Source: Vicugna vicugna | Taxonomy: Eukaryota | Direction: 5' to 3' | NCBI GenBank assembly: GCA_013265495.1 | Contig: MU061579.1 | Coordinates: 1,083,159-1,147,158, forward strand | Length of the DNA: 64,000 nucleotides | Shown: positions 40,908-54,485 of the stretch, in pieces | How positions within the stretch are numbered: the first letter of the stretch is position 1 | How the letters are laid out: each line of letters starts with the position of its first letter | The notes under the pieces: model-generated | The model's input: only the letters and a program-made list of their open reading frames with translations | What the model was told of the DNA's origin: nothing | The model's database searches: none | Program-made: the position numbers and the translations under genes

Positions 40908-43900
40908 TATTTTTTTTATTGAAGTATAGTTAATTTACAGTGTTCTGTTAGTTTTAGTTTAACAACATAGGGATTCAATATTTTTATAATTTATAATACA
41001 TTTAAAGTTATTATAAAATATTGGTTATAGTCCTTGTGCTGAACATTACATCCTTGTATCTTTTTTGTTTTATGCCTAGTACTTTGTAACTCTTAATCCT
41101 CTTCCCAGTGTCTCGCCCCTCACTCTGCCCCTTTACCAACCGGTAACCATTAATTTGTTCTCTGTATCTAGGAGTCCGTTTCTGTTTATTATATTCATTC
41201 ATATGTTTTATTTTTCAGATTCCACATATAAGGGAAAACATACAGTGTTTTTCTCTGTCTTACTTACTTCACTAAGCATAATACCCTCCAAATCCATCTA
41301 TGTTGTAGCAAATGGCGAAATTTCATTCTTTTAAGGCTGAGTAATATTCCATTTTGTGTATATATATGGCATATGTCATATCTTCTTTATTTATTCATCT
41401 GTTGATGGACACTTAGGTTGCTTCCATATCTTGCCTATTGTAAATAATGCTGCTATGAACATCAGGGTGCACACACCTTTTCCAATTAGTGTTTTTGTTT
41501 TCTTTAGATAAATATCCAGGAGTAGAATTGCTGGATCCTATGGCAATGCAGTTTTTAATTTTTGAGGAAACATTCAGTTTTCCACAATGGCTGAACCAGA
41601 TTACACTCCCACTGACAGTGAACTAGGGTTCCCTTTCCTCCACATCCTTGCCATCATTTATTATTTGTTGTCTTGGTGATGATAGTCATTCTGGCAAGCA
41701 TGAAGTGATATTTCATTGTGGGTTTGATGTGAAATTCCCTGATAATTAGTGATGTTGAGCAACTTTTTATGTGCCTTTTGGGCATCTGTATGTCTTCTGT
41801 GGAAAAATGTCTATTAAGATACTTCTGCTCATTTTTTAATCAGTTTGTTTGCTTTTTTTAGATATTTGCTTGTATGAGCTCTTTATATATTTTGGATACT
41901 AATCCCTTATCAGACATATTATTTGGAAATACTTTCTCCCATTCAATGGGTTGTCTTTTCTTTTCATTTTGTTGATTGTTTCCTTTGATGTACAAAAACT
42001 TTTAAGCTTAATTACTTTCTGTTTGTTAGTACTTGCTTTTGTTTTATTTGTCTGTGGAGACAGCCAAAAAAATTATTGCTAAGACTTACGTCAAAGAGTG
42101 TTCTGCTTATATTCTCTGTTAAGGGATTTATGGTATCTAGTTCTTATATTTAGGTCTTTAATCTATTTTGAGTTACTTTTTTGTGCATGGTGTAAGTAAA
42201 TGTTCTAATTTCATTCTTTCATGTGTAGCTGTTCAGTATTCCCACCACCACTTATTGAAGAGTTTTTCTTTTCCCCAATGTATGTAATTGTGTTCTTTGT
42301 TTTAGATTAATTGACCATAGGTGTGTGGGTTTATTTTTGGGCTGTGTATTTAGTTCCATTGATCTATGTATCTTTTTCTGTGAGGGTACCATACTGTTTT
42401 AATTACTGTATCTTTGTAGTATAGTCTAAAGTAAAGGAAGAATGATACCTCCATCTTTGTTCTTTTTTCACAAGAATTCTTGGATATTCAGGACTTTTTT
42501 GGTTCCATACAAATTTTAGGATTATTTAGTCTAGTTCTGTGAAAACTGTGGGCATTTTGATAGGGATTGCAATAGATATGTGTAATGCTTTGGATAGTAT
42601 GAGCATTTTAACAATATTAATTCCTCCAATCTATGAGTATGGGATATCTCTCCATTTATTTTATAACTTTCAATTTCCTTTATCAATGTCTTATAGTTTT
42701 CAGAGTATAGGTCTTACACTTCCTTGGTTAAATTCATTCCTAGCTATTCTTTCTGATGCAACTGTAAGTGGGATTGTTTTCTTGCTTTCACTTTCTCATA
42801 GTTAATTATTAGCATATGCTTTAATTATTTATTAGTTCTGGTATTTTTCTGGTGGAGTATATATTATACACACACACACACACACACACACTATCATGTC
42901 ATCTACAAATAGTGACGGTTTTACTCTTCCCCCTTCTAATCTGGATGCCTTTATTTCTTTTTCTTGTACAATTTCTGTGGCTAGAATTTCCAAAGCTGTG
43001 TTAAATGGAATAATGATGGGAGTGGGCATCCTTGCCTCTTTCCTGATTTAGAGGAAATGCTTTAAATTTATCACCAATAAGTGTGATGGTAGCTGTGTGT
43101 TTGCCATAAATGGCCTTTATTATGTTGAGATATGTTCCCTCTATACCAATTTTGATGAGTTTTTATCATGAATAGGTGTTGAATTTTGACAAATGCTTCT
43201 TCAGCATCTACTGAAATGATCATGTGATTTTTTTTTTTGGCCTTCCTTTTGTAAACATGGTGTAACATATTAATTGATTTGTGTATATTGAACCATCCTT
43301 GCATCCCTGGAATATAGCCCACTTGATCATGGTGTACAATCACTAATATATATTGTTGAATTTAGTTTGTTAATATTTTGTTGAAGATTTTTGCTTCTAT
43401 ATTCACCAAGGATATTAGCCTGTGATTTTCTTTTTCCTTTTCTCAGTGTCTTTGTCTAGTTGGTATCAGGATAATGATAGCCTCATAGAAAGAATTTGGA
43501 AGTGTTTCCCCCTCTTCACTGCTTTGGAATATTTTGAGAATAGGGGTAACCCCATCTTTACATGATTGATATAATTCCCCTGTGAAGCTGTCTAGTCCTC
43601 AGTTTTTCTTTGTCAGGAGTTTTTTGACTACTGATTCAATTTCAATACAAGTAATTGGTCTCTTCAGATATCTATTTATTCCTGATTCAGTCTTGAGAAA
43701 TTGTTATGTTTCCAGAAATTTATTTTTTTCTAAGTTGTCCAACTTCTTTATATAACTCTTCATAGTATTCTTGTATGATTGCTTGTATTTCTGTGATACT
43801 GGTTGTAATTTATCTTCTTTCATTTCTAATTTTGTTTATTTGGATACTCTTTTTCTTCATAAGTGTGATTAAAGGCATATCAATTTTGTTAATGATTTCA

Positions 43901-46900
43901 AAAATCCAGCCCTTAGTTCTATTGATTGTTTCAATTTTTTGATCTCATTTTATTTACTTTCTCTCTGATCTTTATTATTTCTTTCTTTATGTTGATATTG
44001 GTTTGCTTATTCTTCTTTTTCTAATTCCTTTAGGTGAGAGGCTAAGTTGCTTATTTTAGCTTTTTTCTTGTTTCTTAGGTATGTTTGTATCACTATAAAC
44101 TTTCCTCTTAAAACTGTTTTTGCTGTGTCCCATAGATTTTGGAAATTTTGTTTTTATTTTCATTTGTCTCAAGATATTTTCTGATTTCCTTTTTAATTTC
44201 TTTGTCTACTTATTTTTTTATTAGCATGTTGTTCAGTCTCCATATGTTTTTGTTTTTCCCATTTTCTTCCTGTATTTGATTTCTAGTTTCATACCACTGT
44301 AGTCAGAAGAAATGCTTGATATAAATTCTATACTCAAATTTGTTGAGACCCTTTTGTGGTCAGTATGTGATTTACCCTAGAGAATATTCCATGCGCACTT
44401 GAAAATAATTTATATTGTGCTTTTTTGGGATGGAATATACTTTACATATCTATTAATTCCAATTGGTCTAATGTGTCATTTAAGGCCACTATTTCCTTAT
44501 TGATTTTCTGTCTGCATGATCTGTCTATTGATGTAAGCTGTAAAGTCTCCTATAATTATTATGTATTATTTTAAACTTGTCTCATTATGCCTATTATTTG
44601 CTTTATATATTTAGGTGCTCCTATATTAGGTGCATTTATGTTTACAAGCATTACATCCTCTTCTTGCACTGATCTCTTTATCATTATGTAATGCACTTCT
44701 TTATCTTCTTTATAGATTTTGTTTTAAAATCTATTTTGTCTAATATGAGTATTGTTCCCTCAGTTTTCTATTTATTTCTATTTGCATAGAATGTATTTTC
44801 CATACTCTCAGTCTGTGTGTCTTTAGCTCTGAAGTGGATCTCTCACAGTCAGCATATAGGTAATTTGTTTGTTTGTATTTTGTTTTTATCCGATCTGCCA
44901 CCCTGAGTTTTAATTGCAGCATTTAGTCCAGTGACATAGAAAGTGACTATTTATAGGTACATACTAATGGCCATTTTGTTGCTTGTTTTCTGGTTTCTTT
45001 TGTAGTTTTTGGTTCTTTTTTTCTTCTTTTAATCTTTTGCCTGTTGTGTTATGATTTTATTTAATGTTACGTTTGGATCCCTTTCTTTCTAGTTTTTATA
45101 TGTCTATTGCAGGTTTTTCGATTTATGGGAGTTTATATATGTTGACCTATAACTCCAGCTATTCATTTTAAACTGACAGTCATTTCAGTTCAAACAGACT
45201 CTAAAAGCATTACAGATTTTAGTTGTCCCTGCACATTTTGTGTTTTTGATATTATATTTTTACATCTTCATGTCTGCTTTTACAATTTTTGTCTTTTAAC
45301 ACTTGTACTAGCTTAGGTAGTTGATCCACTGTCTTTACTACATATTTGCCTTTACCAGTGGAATTTTTTCCTTCTTATAATTTCTTATTTCTTGTCATAA
45401 CTGTCTTTTTTTTCACCTAGAAAAGGTATTTAAACACTTTTGTAAGTTCAGATTAGTCTAATGAACTCTTTTAGAGCTTGCTTGTTTGAGAAGCTCTTTA
45501 TCTCTCCTTCAGTTCTGAAATATGCCTTAGTTTGGTTCTTTTTAGGTTGATCTTGCTTGGTACACTCTGTGCTTCTTCTATATGGATATTTCTTTCTTTC
45601 TTCAGGTTTGGAAGTTTTCAGTCATTGCATCAAACACATTTTTTCTCCTCTCCTTCTGGGATCCCTATAATGTGAATATTAGTACACCTAATATTGTTTC
45701 AGAGGTCCCTTATGCTATTCTTATTTTTTATTTGTTTTTCTTTTTGCAATTCTGATTTGGTGATTTGTATTATTGTATCTTCCATATTACTTGTGCATTC
45801 TTCTCTGTCACCTAATGTTCTATTAGAGGGAATCTAGTGTATTTTTAATTTCATATATTGTGTTCTTCAGCTGTGATCTGTTCTTTTTGATAATTTCTAG
45901 TTCTTTGTTGATATTTTCACTGTGTTCATCTATTATTTCCACAGTTCATATGGCATTCTAATTACTAAAGCTTCTTAACTCTTTATCACCTAAATAATTT
46001 ATCTCTCATTAGGGTTTTTTTCAGGATTTTATCTTTCTTTTTAAATGTATTTCTCTGTCTTCTCATTTTGTTTAATTTTCTCTGTCTCTATGAAATTATT
46101 TGATACAATTACTTATCCCATTCCTGAAGGTATGCCCTTGTGTTGGAGTGTCCCTATGAAGTCTGTGGGTGCCATGTGATTTTGGTGGGAGAGCTGGGTC
46201 TAACATGTGTGTGGGATAAGTCTTCCCCTGGAGTGTACTGGTGCCACCACCTAGATGGGAGGTAGGGCTGGAGGTGGATATGCTAGGGCTTCTCTTTGGT
46301 GTGACAGCAGTCTTTGCCTTGGAATGTGGCTGGGGCCTGAGGGCTTGGGGCTGCAACTCTGTGGTTTCACTTTTTCTCTGGTGTGCATATTTTGGTGAGA
46401 GTCTAGATTGGGGCCAGAGAGGTTGGTGTCAAATCACTAAGCTGACCCTACTCCTTCCCAAGTGTGTACAAGGACAGGTGCTCCAATATCTTCTCTGGAG
46501 ATAGGTTTGCTCCCTCCAGAATGTGTGCAGTGAAATGTGAGCTGACAATGGCTAACTCTGCCCTGGTCAGTTATGGACAGGGTCCATGCCAGCTTTGTTC
46601 TCTTGAAGTATACACAGTCTCATTGGTAACTGCAGCCTCTACCTTAATGGTGAGCAGCACCAAAGCAAGAGGGACTAAAGTAGGAGCCTGGTGCAGCCTG
46701 GGGGTGGTGCACTTTGGTGGTCCTGACAAGGTGACCAAAGCTCCAGTCAGTTATTTATTTGCTGCCTCCGTGCTGTGAACAGTTGTAAGCAATCTGTGCA
46801 TGGGCTCTTTAAGAACAGAGTCAGTTTCGAACAGTCCTCCCATAAGCCCCACAGGTTTTCAAACAAATTAAGGTGCTCATCTTCTTGGTGTCAGTTCCCA

Positions 46901-47200
46901 GGGCTGGGGTACCTAACATGTGACTTGAGATTCTCACTCCTCAGAAAGAATTCTCCAACCTGTGATATCTCCCTCTGCTTCTGTGTCCTACTATAGGGTT
47001 GTAGGTCTCAATCAGATTGCTTCTCCTCCTTTCCTATTGGATGTTATGTAGATCATTCCTTATAGCTTTGTTGCAAAAGAGCTGTTCTGCTATTTCCCAG
47101 GTTGATTTCAGCAAAAGTAGTTCTACATTTAGTTGTAGTTTTGATGTGTTCATGAGGGGAGGTAGGCCCAGTGTCCTCCTACTTAGCCAACTTAATCTCA
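40908..47200 (-). mobile_element. Near full-length (~6.3 kb) decayed L1: 5' UTR, ORF1 with internal deletion, ORF2, 3' UTR
   Basis: RT peptides appear in the ORF track ([34 protein letters not shown] at 43071-43343; [16 protein letters not shown] at 42832-43029). The 3' end is tttttttattgaagtatagtt. The 5' end on the minus strand is aagttggctaagtaggaggacactgggcctacctcc..gaacacatcaaaactacaac. Many stops are present. Confidence 0.95.
42868..42891 (+). repeat. (AC)12 microsatellite inside L1 ORF2
   Basis: Directly visible in the sequence. Confidence 0.98.
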
Positions 47201-48229
47201 GTTCAGTAGCTTAGTTTTGGATTCTTTCTTGGAAAACTCCCATCTTACTTCTGATAGATGTCTTTCTAGCATTCTCCAATATTCCAACAAGAAATCCCAA
47301 TATCTAGCAGTAAACACATACTGAAGTTTCATAAATCTAATTGGATTTGTAACCATGGGATAGGATATTTTGATTGGATTATGCCAAACAGCTACATTTC
47401 TGAACATGGATGGGAGGATTAATCTCAATAAATCTACATGGATGGGAAATATGAACTGTTACTAAGAGAAAAGCAGCCAATAAACGTCAATCTTAGTCTA
47501 ATTCTTTAACCACCCAATTAAAAATAATCTTTCTCATTAATGATTCTTAACAATATGTCAAGGGATATAAATATGTATACTTAACTCTTCCTAAAAGGAA
47601 GGCAAAATTTGATCTGTTACTACATTTAATATCATATCCAGAATCTCTGGAAGATAGGGAGATCCCTTTGTGAAATCTGGCTGTAATTTTCCAAGGGCCG
47701 ACAACCTATCATCAGTAAATGATAAGCTAAACTAAGTCCAGGATGTCCAATATATTTGTATGGGTGACATATTAGGCACCTGTAGTAAAAACTTCCGTTT
47801 GTAAACACGTAACAGCCACTAGTTCATAACAGGTATCATAGTCTGTCGGAATTAAATAACAAGTTATTCCTGAGGTTTCATTTAAGTTTTGTGCGTGTGC
47901 ATTTTGGTGTTTTTTTTTGGGGGGGGGTGGGGTTTTGGGATTTTTTTTTGGCGGGGAGGGTTGGCTTTAGTTATGTTTTTGGGAAGAAACTGCCCTGAAC
48001 GTTGCACTTCATTCTTGGTGATTCTCCTTTCCTGGTGAAGCTTTTAGAATAACGGACTCCATCCCCATGTCACCATTCTTGCTGTTCCATAGGCCTCTTC
48101 TTGTTTGTTTAAATTTTAAGGTTTAGGAATTGTTTTAGGCTTAAGCAATCACATATTTTAACAATCTGAGTTGAGCTGTCTCTGACAATGGAACCTGTGG
48201 GAAAATGAATAGGTTTCTGTTCTGTTCAT

Positions 48230-48900
48230 TTCTGATCAATTCCAGAGACATTCAGTTGTAATTTTTAGCCAAAATGAGGCATTTAATTTTATCATTCTTT
48301 ACATTAGATCTTTGTTCTTTGCCCATTCCTTCAGACTTCATTTTCCTGTAGTCTGCTATTTTAATCTCTGCCTGGAGGAAATTTCAATTAAATGCCAATA
48401 ATTTGCACCTATCCCTACATGGCATTTAGGCTGCTTGTCAAAATGATCCTGTTTATCATAAATAGTGGCATTTGTCAAGCAGAGAAGGGTTATTAAGTGT
48501 TTGTGAGAGATCTATGGGGCCAGGCTTCTTCAGCAGTCCTCGGTTATCCCTTTATGAATTCCCACCTCCTGGAGTTTTCCAGCTTTGAAAGGTTCCACAT
48601 TATTTCACTCAGTTGCTTTGGTTTACAGTCCCAGGTAGAAGAAATTCTCATTGAGAAAGCCACCATTTCTTTAATACATGACTCCAGTGGCCAATTCTCT
48701 AGTGTGAATTTTTTTTAATACTAAGAAGTTGCTAAAAGATTTAATAAATAGCCTGCAAACCCCAGTGGTGTGAGATTGCCCTGCAAGACTCCTAATGCTG
48801 TAGTATGGATTGAACATGGATCTGTGTTACAAGATACACTAATTCATAGTTGATAGGGGTGGAAAAGATTTGCTAATTCTTCTGCTCAGGAAGATCATCA
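48230..48900 (-). mobile_element. Probable ancient CR1/L3 LINE RT remnant
   Basis: Minus-strand peptide EGMGKEQRSNVKNDKIKCLILAKNYN, with an alternate-frame EWAKNK, resembles the CR1 RT C-terminal motif W....M.FN..KCKVLHLG..N. Very degraded. Confidence 0.4.
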
Positions 48901-50979
48901 TTCTTTTCACCAAGGAGAATGAAAGAGATACGGCAGGATATCATTCCAATTTAAACAAGCTCAGTTCAAATACTCCTTTGGTGCAAGCAGGAAGATTAAT
49001 TACTGTAAAACCATAAATAAATTCACATTATGGAGTCTATTAGCAAAATCCCCTAGCCTAAGCCAAGATCAAAAGATTATAAAGAAGTTTACTGCCTCAA
49101 GTACAAGATTGCAAGTAACATAGGAATAAAAGAAGGGGGAGAAGGATTATGTAGCTAATGAGGTAACAGACTAAGAAACCATGAACTTATGCCAGGAAAG
49201 GAAGAGACTGGCAAGCAATATTTGACAGACATTATGGAAGCTGAATGAACAAGTGTTGAGTTGATCCACATTTTCCCTAGTAGAGATGATTTTTGTAACC
49301 GAGATTAACAATTATCAAATATGGTTCCTCTTTGTGGAAACAGCTTGACTTTGTAGTAATGGCTTGACTACTTTTCCCAAGCTCACTTGAAGTTTGACGT
49401 GATCATTCCCTTCAGATCAAGCCAATGAAAGATAAAGTTGCCTGACTCTCTCTCCCTTTTCCCCAAATAAACTTCCCATTAAAAAAAAAAAATCCTTCAT
49501 CCTCCTTCCCCTTTCTACTGAATGGACAGAGAAAACCATGGTATGGTAGAAAGTCACATGTGGAAGATGACAATACAGTCTTTATCCTGAGTCTCTGAAT
49601 ATGTGAAGCAGAACACCTCATTCACCTAGATACTGTCCAAAATTCTTATATAAACAACACATACGTTTTTATTGAATAAACCATTACAAGTTTGAATCTA
49701 ACTGACATTGTTACCTAGCCCACACTAATTAACACAGAAATCAATATAAGTATTGGGTTGTCATATGGTAAGGAGTTATTAAACTGATATTAGAGACTAG
49801 AAAGGAGTCTCATATACATTGATTTAAAACACTTTGTAACACTATGATTTCAGTATCTTGGAAGGCCAAGAGAGAGCTACCATTTCTTTACTTCTAGGGT
49901 AAGAGGTCAGATAGAGCCCATCCAAGATAGAATTTTAGTGTGTGTTGACTTAATTGCTGTATTTAGCAAAGTTTTAATAAAAATAAATTAGCTAATCAAG
50001 AATTGGCTGTTTCAGAGCAGAGTTGTAAGGGAGTAAGAGTAAAAGAACTAACAGCTTTGCAGAAGTGGAAAAGTTATCTGCTCTTGGATCAAAACATAGA
50101 ATAGAAAGTTTTCTATCCATATTGTTTTAAATGGCCTCAAAGTTGAATGATTCTATTAAACTGTTACAAACATGAGGAAAAAGAGGAAAGATAAAAATAA
50201 TTCTAAGGATCCTTCCCTGGAAATGAATTTAGTGAAAATTATGGGCATATGGTACTAAATGGAAGCAAAAGAGATCAGAAGCCTACTGAGTTGTATTTGA
50301 GAGAAATCATGAGCCTGATATTTAAAAATCTGTGATTGTAAAAATCTGGGTTGTAAACAGAGTAAAACTAGTACAAGGTATACTCCCTAATGATCACTTT
50401 GAATGTGACCATACAAATAATGCACAAGAAAGAACCACCCAGGAGATGGAGCTGGGTCACAGATAATCATGAGCAACCAGGTCCCATAGAGAGAGAAGAT
50501 CCAGGGTATGATAAAATAATAACCCAAATTTCTGGGTCACACAATGTTTTCCCAGCAGAACTGCATCACCTCTATGGATAAATAACTGTTATAAATTTAT
50601 TTTAATTCCTTTTATGGATAAGAACTTTTATTATGTAACATCTTTTCTCGTTCTGCCATTATATATCAGAAGTGGGGAAGTTGCTGGGAGAGATAATTTG
50701 CATTTTTATTTTATAAATTGGTTTACTGTAAAACCATATCAGAGCAATATGGGAAAAAGAAATTTTAGTACCAAGAAACTGGATTTTTGAGATGAATGCA
50801 GTAGTTGGATGGAGCTGGTGAGAAGATTGAATGCATGGTGAACAGAAGTTTGCATTGTGGAAGACTCATAATTTCACCCAAATCAAATTCGTCATTGTCC
50901 TTGGTACACAACTAAAATACACATTTCAGCTGCACTTGTAGCCATGTGGAACTGACTTCTAAATAATAGAATATGTACT

Positions 50980-51455
50980 GGTCAACTTTTGTTAAACAAC
51001 AAACCATTGCCAAATTTTAGTGTCTTAAAACAACCATTTGTTTAGCTCATGATTCTATAAATCAACAATTTGGACAAGACTCAACTGTGAAGTTTTCTTG
51101 ATTTTGCTTGGTTCACTCATTCATCTACGGATCTCCTTCTGGAAGCTGTTTAGCTGTCATCTAGGGTAATGGGAAGTTCTGAGCCATCTGTCTCTTAGCA
51201 TCCAACAGATTATCTAAGACTTCAGATAGCAATGGAAGCACAATCTTCCAAGGGCAGCAAAGGAAGGTAAACCCCAAAGCTAAATCATTTTATCAGGTTT
51301 CTCCTTGTGTCCCTTGCTCAAAAAATAAATAAAATCCAATAGACAGATCCAAATTTAGGAATCATAAAAATATAATTGACCTCATTATGGAAGAAGCTGC
51401 TAATCCCCATTGCAAAGGGGACATGTAGACAGCAATGGGACGAATCTGTGGCCAA
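50980..51455 (-). mobile_element. MLT1 LTR nested antisense in the older LTR
   Basis: aaattttagtgtcttaaaacaaccatttgtttagctcatgattct..ctcattatggaagaagctgc..ttgcaaagggg..gaatctgtggcc. Confidence 0.75.
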
Positions 51456-51574
51456 AGAAGATGACTAGGAATAATGTGTGCTACTTTCAGACCTTCTCAT
51501 TAAAACCTCTTAACCTCTTATGTTCTTTCCATGGTCATTCTCCCTTCAATTAGCTGGAAAGACACAATTGCTTT

Positions 51575-52112
51575 TGAGTATTATATCTGGTCACAAATTC
51601 TTTGCCACTCTTTCCATCAGTAAGAGAATCTCTGTTGGCCATGTGCGCTCCATGGGCAAATAAAATACAGTTGCTGTGGTGTGTCTGACTTCAAGGCCTA
51701 CTGTAGGAGTACTGATAACTTCAATCTTTACCCTCTTGGAATCCTATCCCTCGATGAAGAGAGTTCATCTGTCTTATTAGAGAGACAATGTAGATAAAGA
51801 AAAATTTCTGGCCAGCCTTCAACTGTCCCAGCAGTCCCATCTGAACTGTCATACATATGAAATCAGCCATCATGGATTTATGCCCAGCCTTGAACTATGC
51901 CAGCTATTCCATCTGAGCTACTGGGCATATGAATCAAGACCACATTGAGACTCCAGTTGATGGCAGTCACCTAAGTGAGCTCAGATGACACCAGAAGAAT
52001 CTACCAGATGAATCTAGAAGTTATTGGTAAATTGTGAATGTGTATTTTTTTGGTTTTTTTTCATCCGCTAAGTTTTAGGATAATGTTTTATACAGCGATG
52101 GGTAGCCAGAGC
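51575..52112 (+). mobile_element. MLT1G/F-like LTR nested in the older LTR
   Basis: tggtcacaaattctttgccactctttccatc..gacttcaaggccta..aatcagccatcatgga..ctaagttttagga..tatacagcgatgggtagccagagca. Confidence 0.75.
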
Positions 52113-53265
52113 AACCATGGTGCTTGGAAGATAATTGAAGATGGAAGAACCTCAATATTCATTTTCCTAAATGAGTTGATGATAAACTCTAGCCCCACCT
52201 AAACTTGTATAGACCTAGAGATTTCCAAGGGAGTAAATGAAATATTATCCTATTAAGCCATTTCACATGTAGTTCTACTTTATTTTCCTGCAAATTAGTC
52301 CTCTCTAAATGATAAAAGCTCCTACTATTGATGATCAAACTATATTCCCATATTCTGCTCAGCCATTATCCACTCTATTCCAATATGCAGTTCACTTCCT
52401 AGTGGTTTAGGACATCTCAAAATCTCCTTCCTCTCCAAAACTATAGGTTATGAGGGTTTGAATACCTTATGTGTTATTGGTGTTAGAAAGAAAACTCTTA
52501 CCTGTGGCCAAAGTGGAACAAATAGAATCACTGTGAAATTGCCCATTTAACTGGTACAGTGACAGAACACTTTGCCCCTGTCACATCAAAATGGGATACA
52601 AGATTGATTTGACACAAGAAAGACTGAAAAAAAATTTCTGCAGAGAAAATGCCAAATGGAAATTCTGAAGTCTTAATTTCCATGGGAATAAAGCACTTTG
52701 GTATCACTCAGGCAATCTTCTGCACAAGAATGATCATTCAAGCTGCACATGAGCATGAAATATTCCAGGTACACACCAAGAAATGGTCAAATCTAAAAAT
52801 ATTACCTTATTCATGAAAAGACTAATGTATCATTATATGCAATGTATACAAAAATTTTAAAGCCCCATGAGAAAGAGGCTGAGGATGATATTACATCTCA
52901 GGCAAATCTTGTCTTTGGAGAAAAGCTCTATTCCTCATAGAACAATGGAGAAATGAGGCAGCAGCAAACAAGATTAAAGATCAAGGTTCAAGGGAGGAAA
53001 TCAATGTAGACTCTTAGGACTGTGGAGTAAACCAACATGAAAGTAAACAAGGACATATTCATGAATTAAACACTGCCAGTTCCCCGGTGTAAATCTCTAT
53101 GAGGGCTGGGGAGACTTATGTCATTTCCCTGCTAGAACAGGGAAGTCTAGGGAGAATTGACACAGGTTGGTCACACTAAGGATGAGTGAACAAATAAATG
53201 AATAATGGAAATCCTAGGGGAATAATGGAATGCACCTACATTTATAAGGTTAGCTATGCTAAATC

Positions 53266-53442
53266 CAGCCCTATCCAATAGCTTTTTCTCTGAGGAAGGA
53301 AATGCTATATAATCTAAATTTTCAAATACAGTAAACACTAGGCACATGTGGCTGTTGAACACTTGAAACATGGCCAATGTAACCTAGGACTTGATTTTTA
53401 AAGTTAGTTAATTTAAATGTAAGTTAAATAGCATATGTAGGT
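53266..53442. mobile_element. MER3 (hAT-Charlie MITE)
   Basis: cagccctatccaatagc..gaaggaaatgctatataatct..aacactaggcacatgtggctgttgaacacttgaaacatggc. Confidence 0.85.
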
Positions 53443-54485
53443 ATTTGAGCTGGGCCTCTACTACTTCTGGGATGGCTGATGATCATAGAGCTAATTAAAT
53501 AAGATACCATCTTTTCAGGGTTCAGATAACTTTTATCTGACAGAAAATATCTTTCTACTAGCATATCTTTATTCATTTACCAAAATTACGTTAGGCCTAT
53601 TCTTCTTGCCTGATAGGGGAAACCCAAAGAATCTTCTAAAGCTTGTGGAAAAGGAGATAACAGTATTATTTTGCTTCCTGTTCACAGCATGCAGTCAGAT
53701 TTTAAAAGATATTTTTGGCCTATGTATTTACCATGAAGATGTTTTACATTAGGCCCCAGACTTTCATCCCAGGCTGGTTTCCAATTATTCTGCCAAATAC
53801 TCCTTATGTAATAGGTGAATATGACTAGTTTACTGTAAAGCAGCCCTTCAGCCTTACCTGATCCATCACCTCCTCTTCCTTCATTTTTTTCTCCTCCTTC
53901 TCCTCTTTTTTCTTTTTTTAATTCGTTTATCCTGAAGTTTTCCTATCTATTCATGAATGAGTTTTTCTACATTGTGAGATCCTTGAGTCCTACCTTAATG
54001 TCTTATTCTAATTAGTTTTTTTCTGAAAAAGAAGAAAGAAGATGGAATAAATATGTATTGGGTAGGTACTTAAAAACAGTTGCTTTATGTAGCTATTTAT
54101 TTTAATTCTTTAAAAAATTTTATAAGAAAAATGTATTTTTTCTATTCTCTGGGTAAGAGAATTGAGTCTTAGAGAAATTTAGTAAATTGACTAAGGACAC
54201 ATAGCTATCAAGTATTTAAATTTCCATTCAAAAACATTTTTCTGATAACATCTTTATTTCACTGCCTTACTAGCAATGCTAGCACTTGATCTTACAACCA
54301 TTCCCCTTTGGGACCTTGTGGTACAGTGGAGAAGAACGTTCTGCCTAAGAAAAATCTTAGCATACTTTAATTGACCTCATAAGTCTGCCAGCCTACTCAT
54401 AGGTGAGGTTTTGCTCTGTCTCAAACCTGACTCAGAGTCGGAAATATAATTTATGGAGATTTTATAAAAGATCCTTTGCCTGTAC

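Larger units (their letters stand above)
49540..52315 (+). mobile_element. Old MaLR provirus remnant: 5' LTR end (~49540-49735), MLT1-int (~49740-50855) and a 3' LTR (from ~50857) split by two nested LTRs
   Basis: Internal motif gtgtgttgacttaattgctgtatttagcaaag..aagaattggctg. The LTR starts tgtggaagac and resumes at ~51460-51570 and ~52115-52315 (gaagatggaagaacctc..ttaagccatt). Confidence 0.6.

Noticed and set aside
46096..47214. Cluster of GC-richer ORFs
   Set aside because: They lie in the L1 5' UTR and are not a gene.
40880..47230. TSD for the near full-length L1
   Set aside because: There is only a loose similarity (agttttgtttcatt vs agttttggattctt) that does not abut the 5' end, so it cannot be called.
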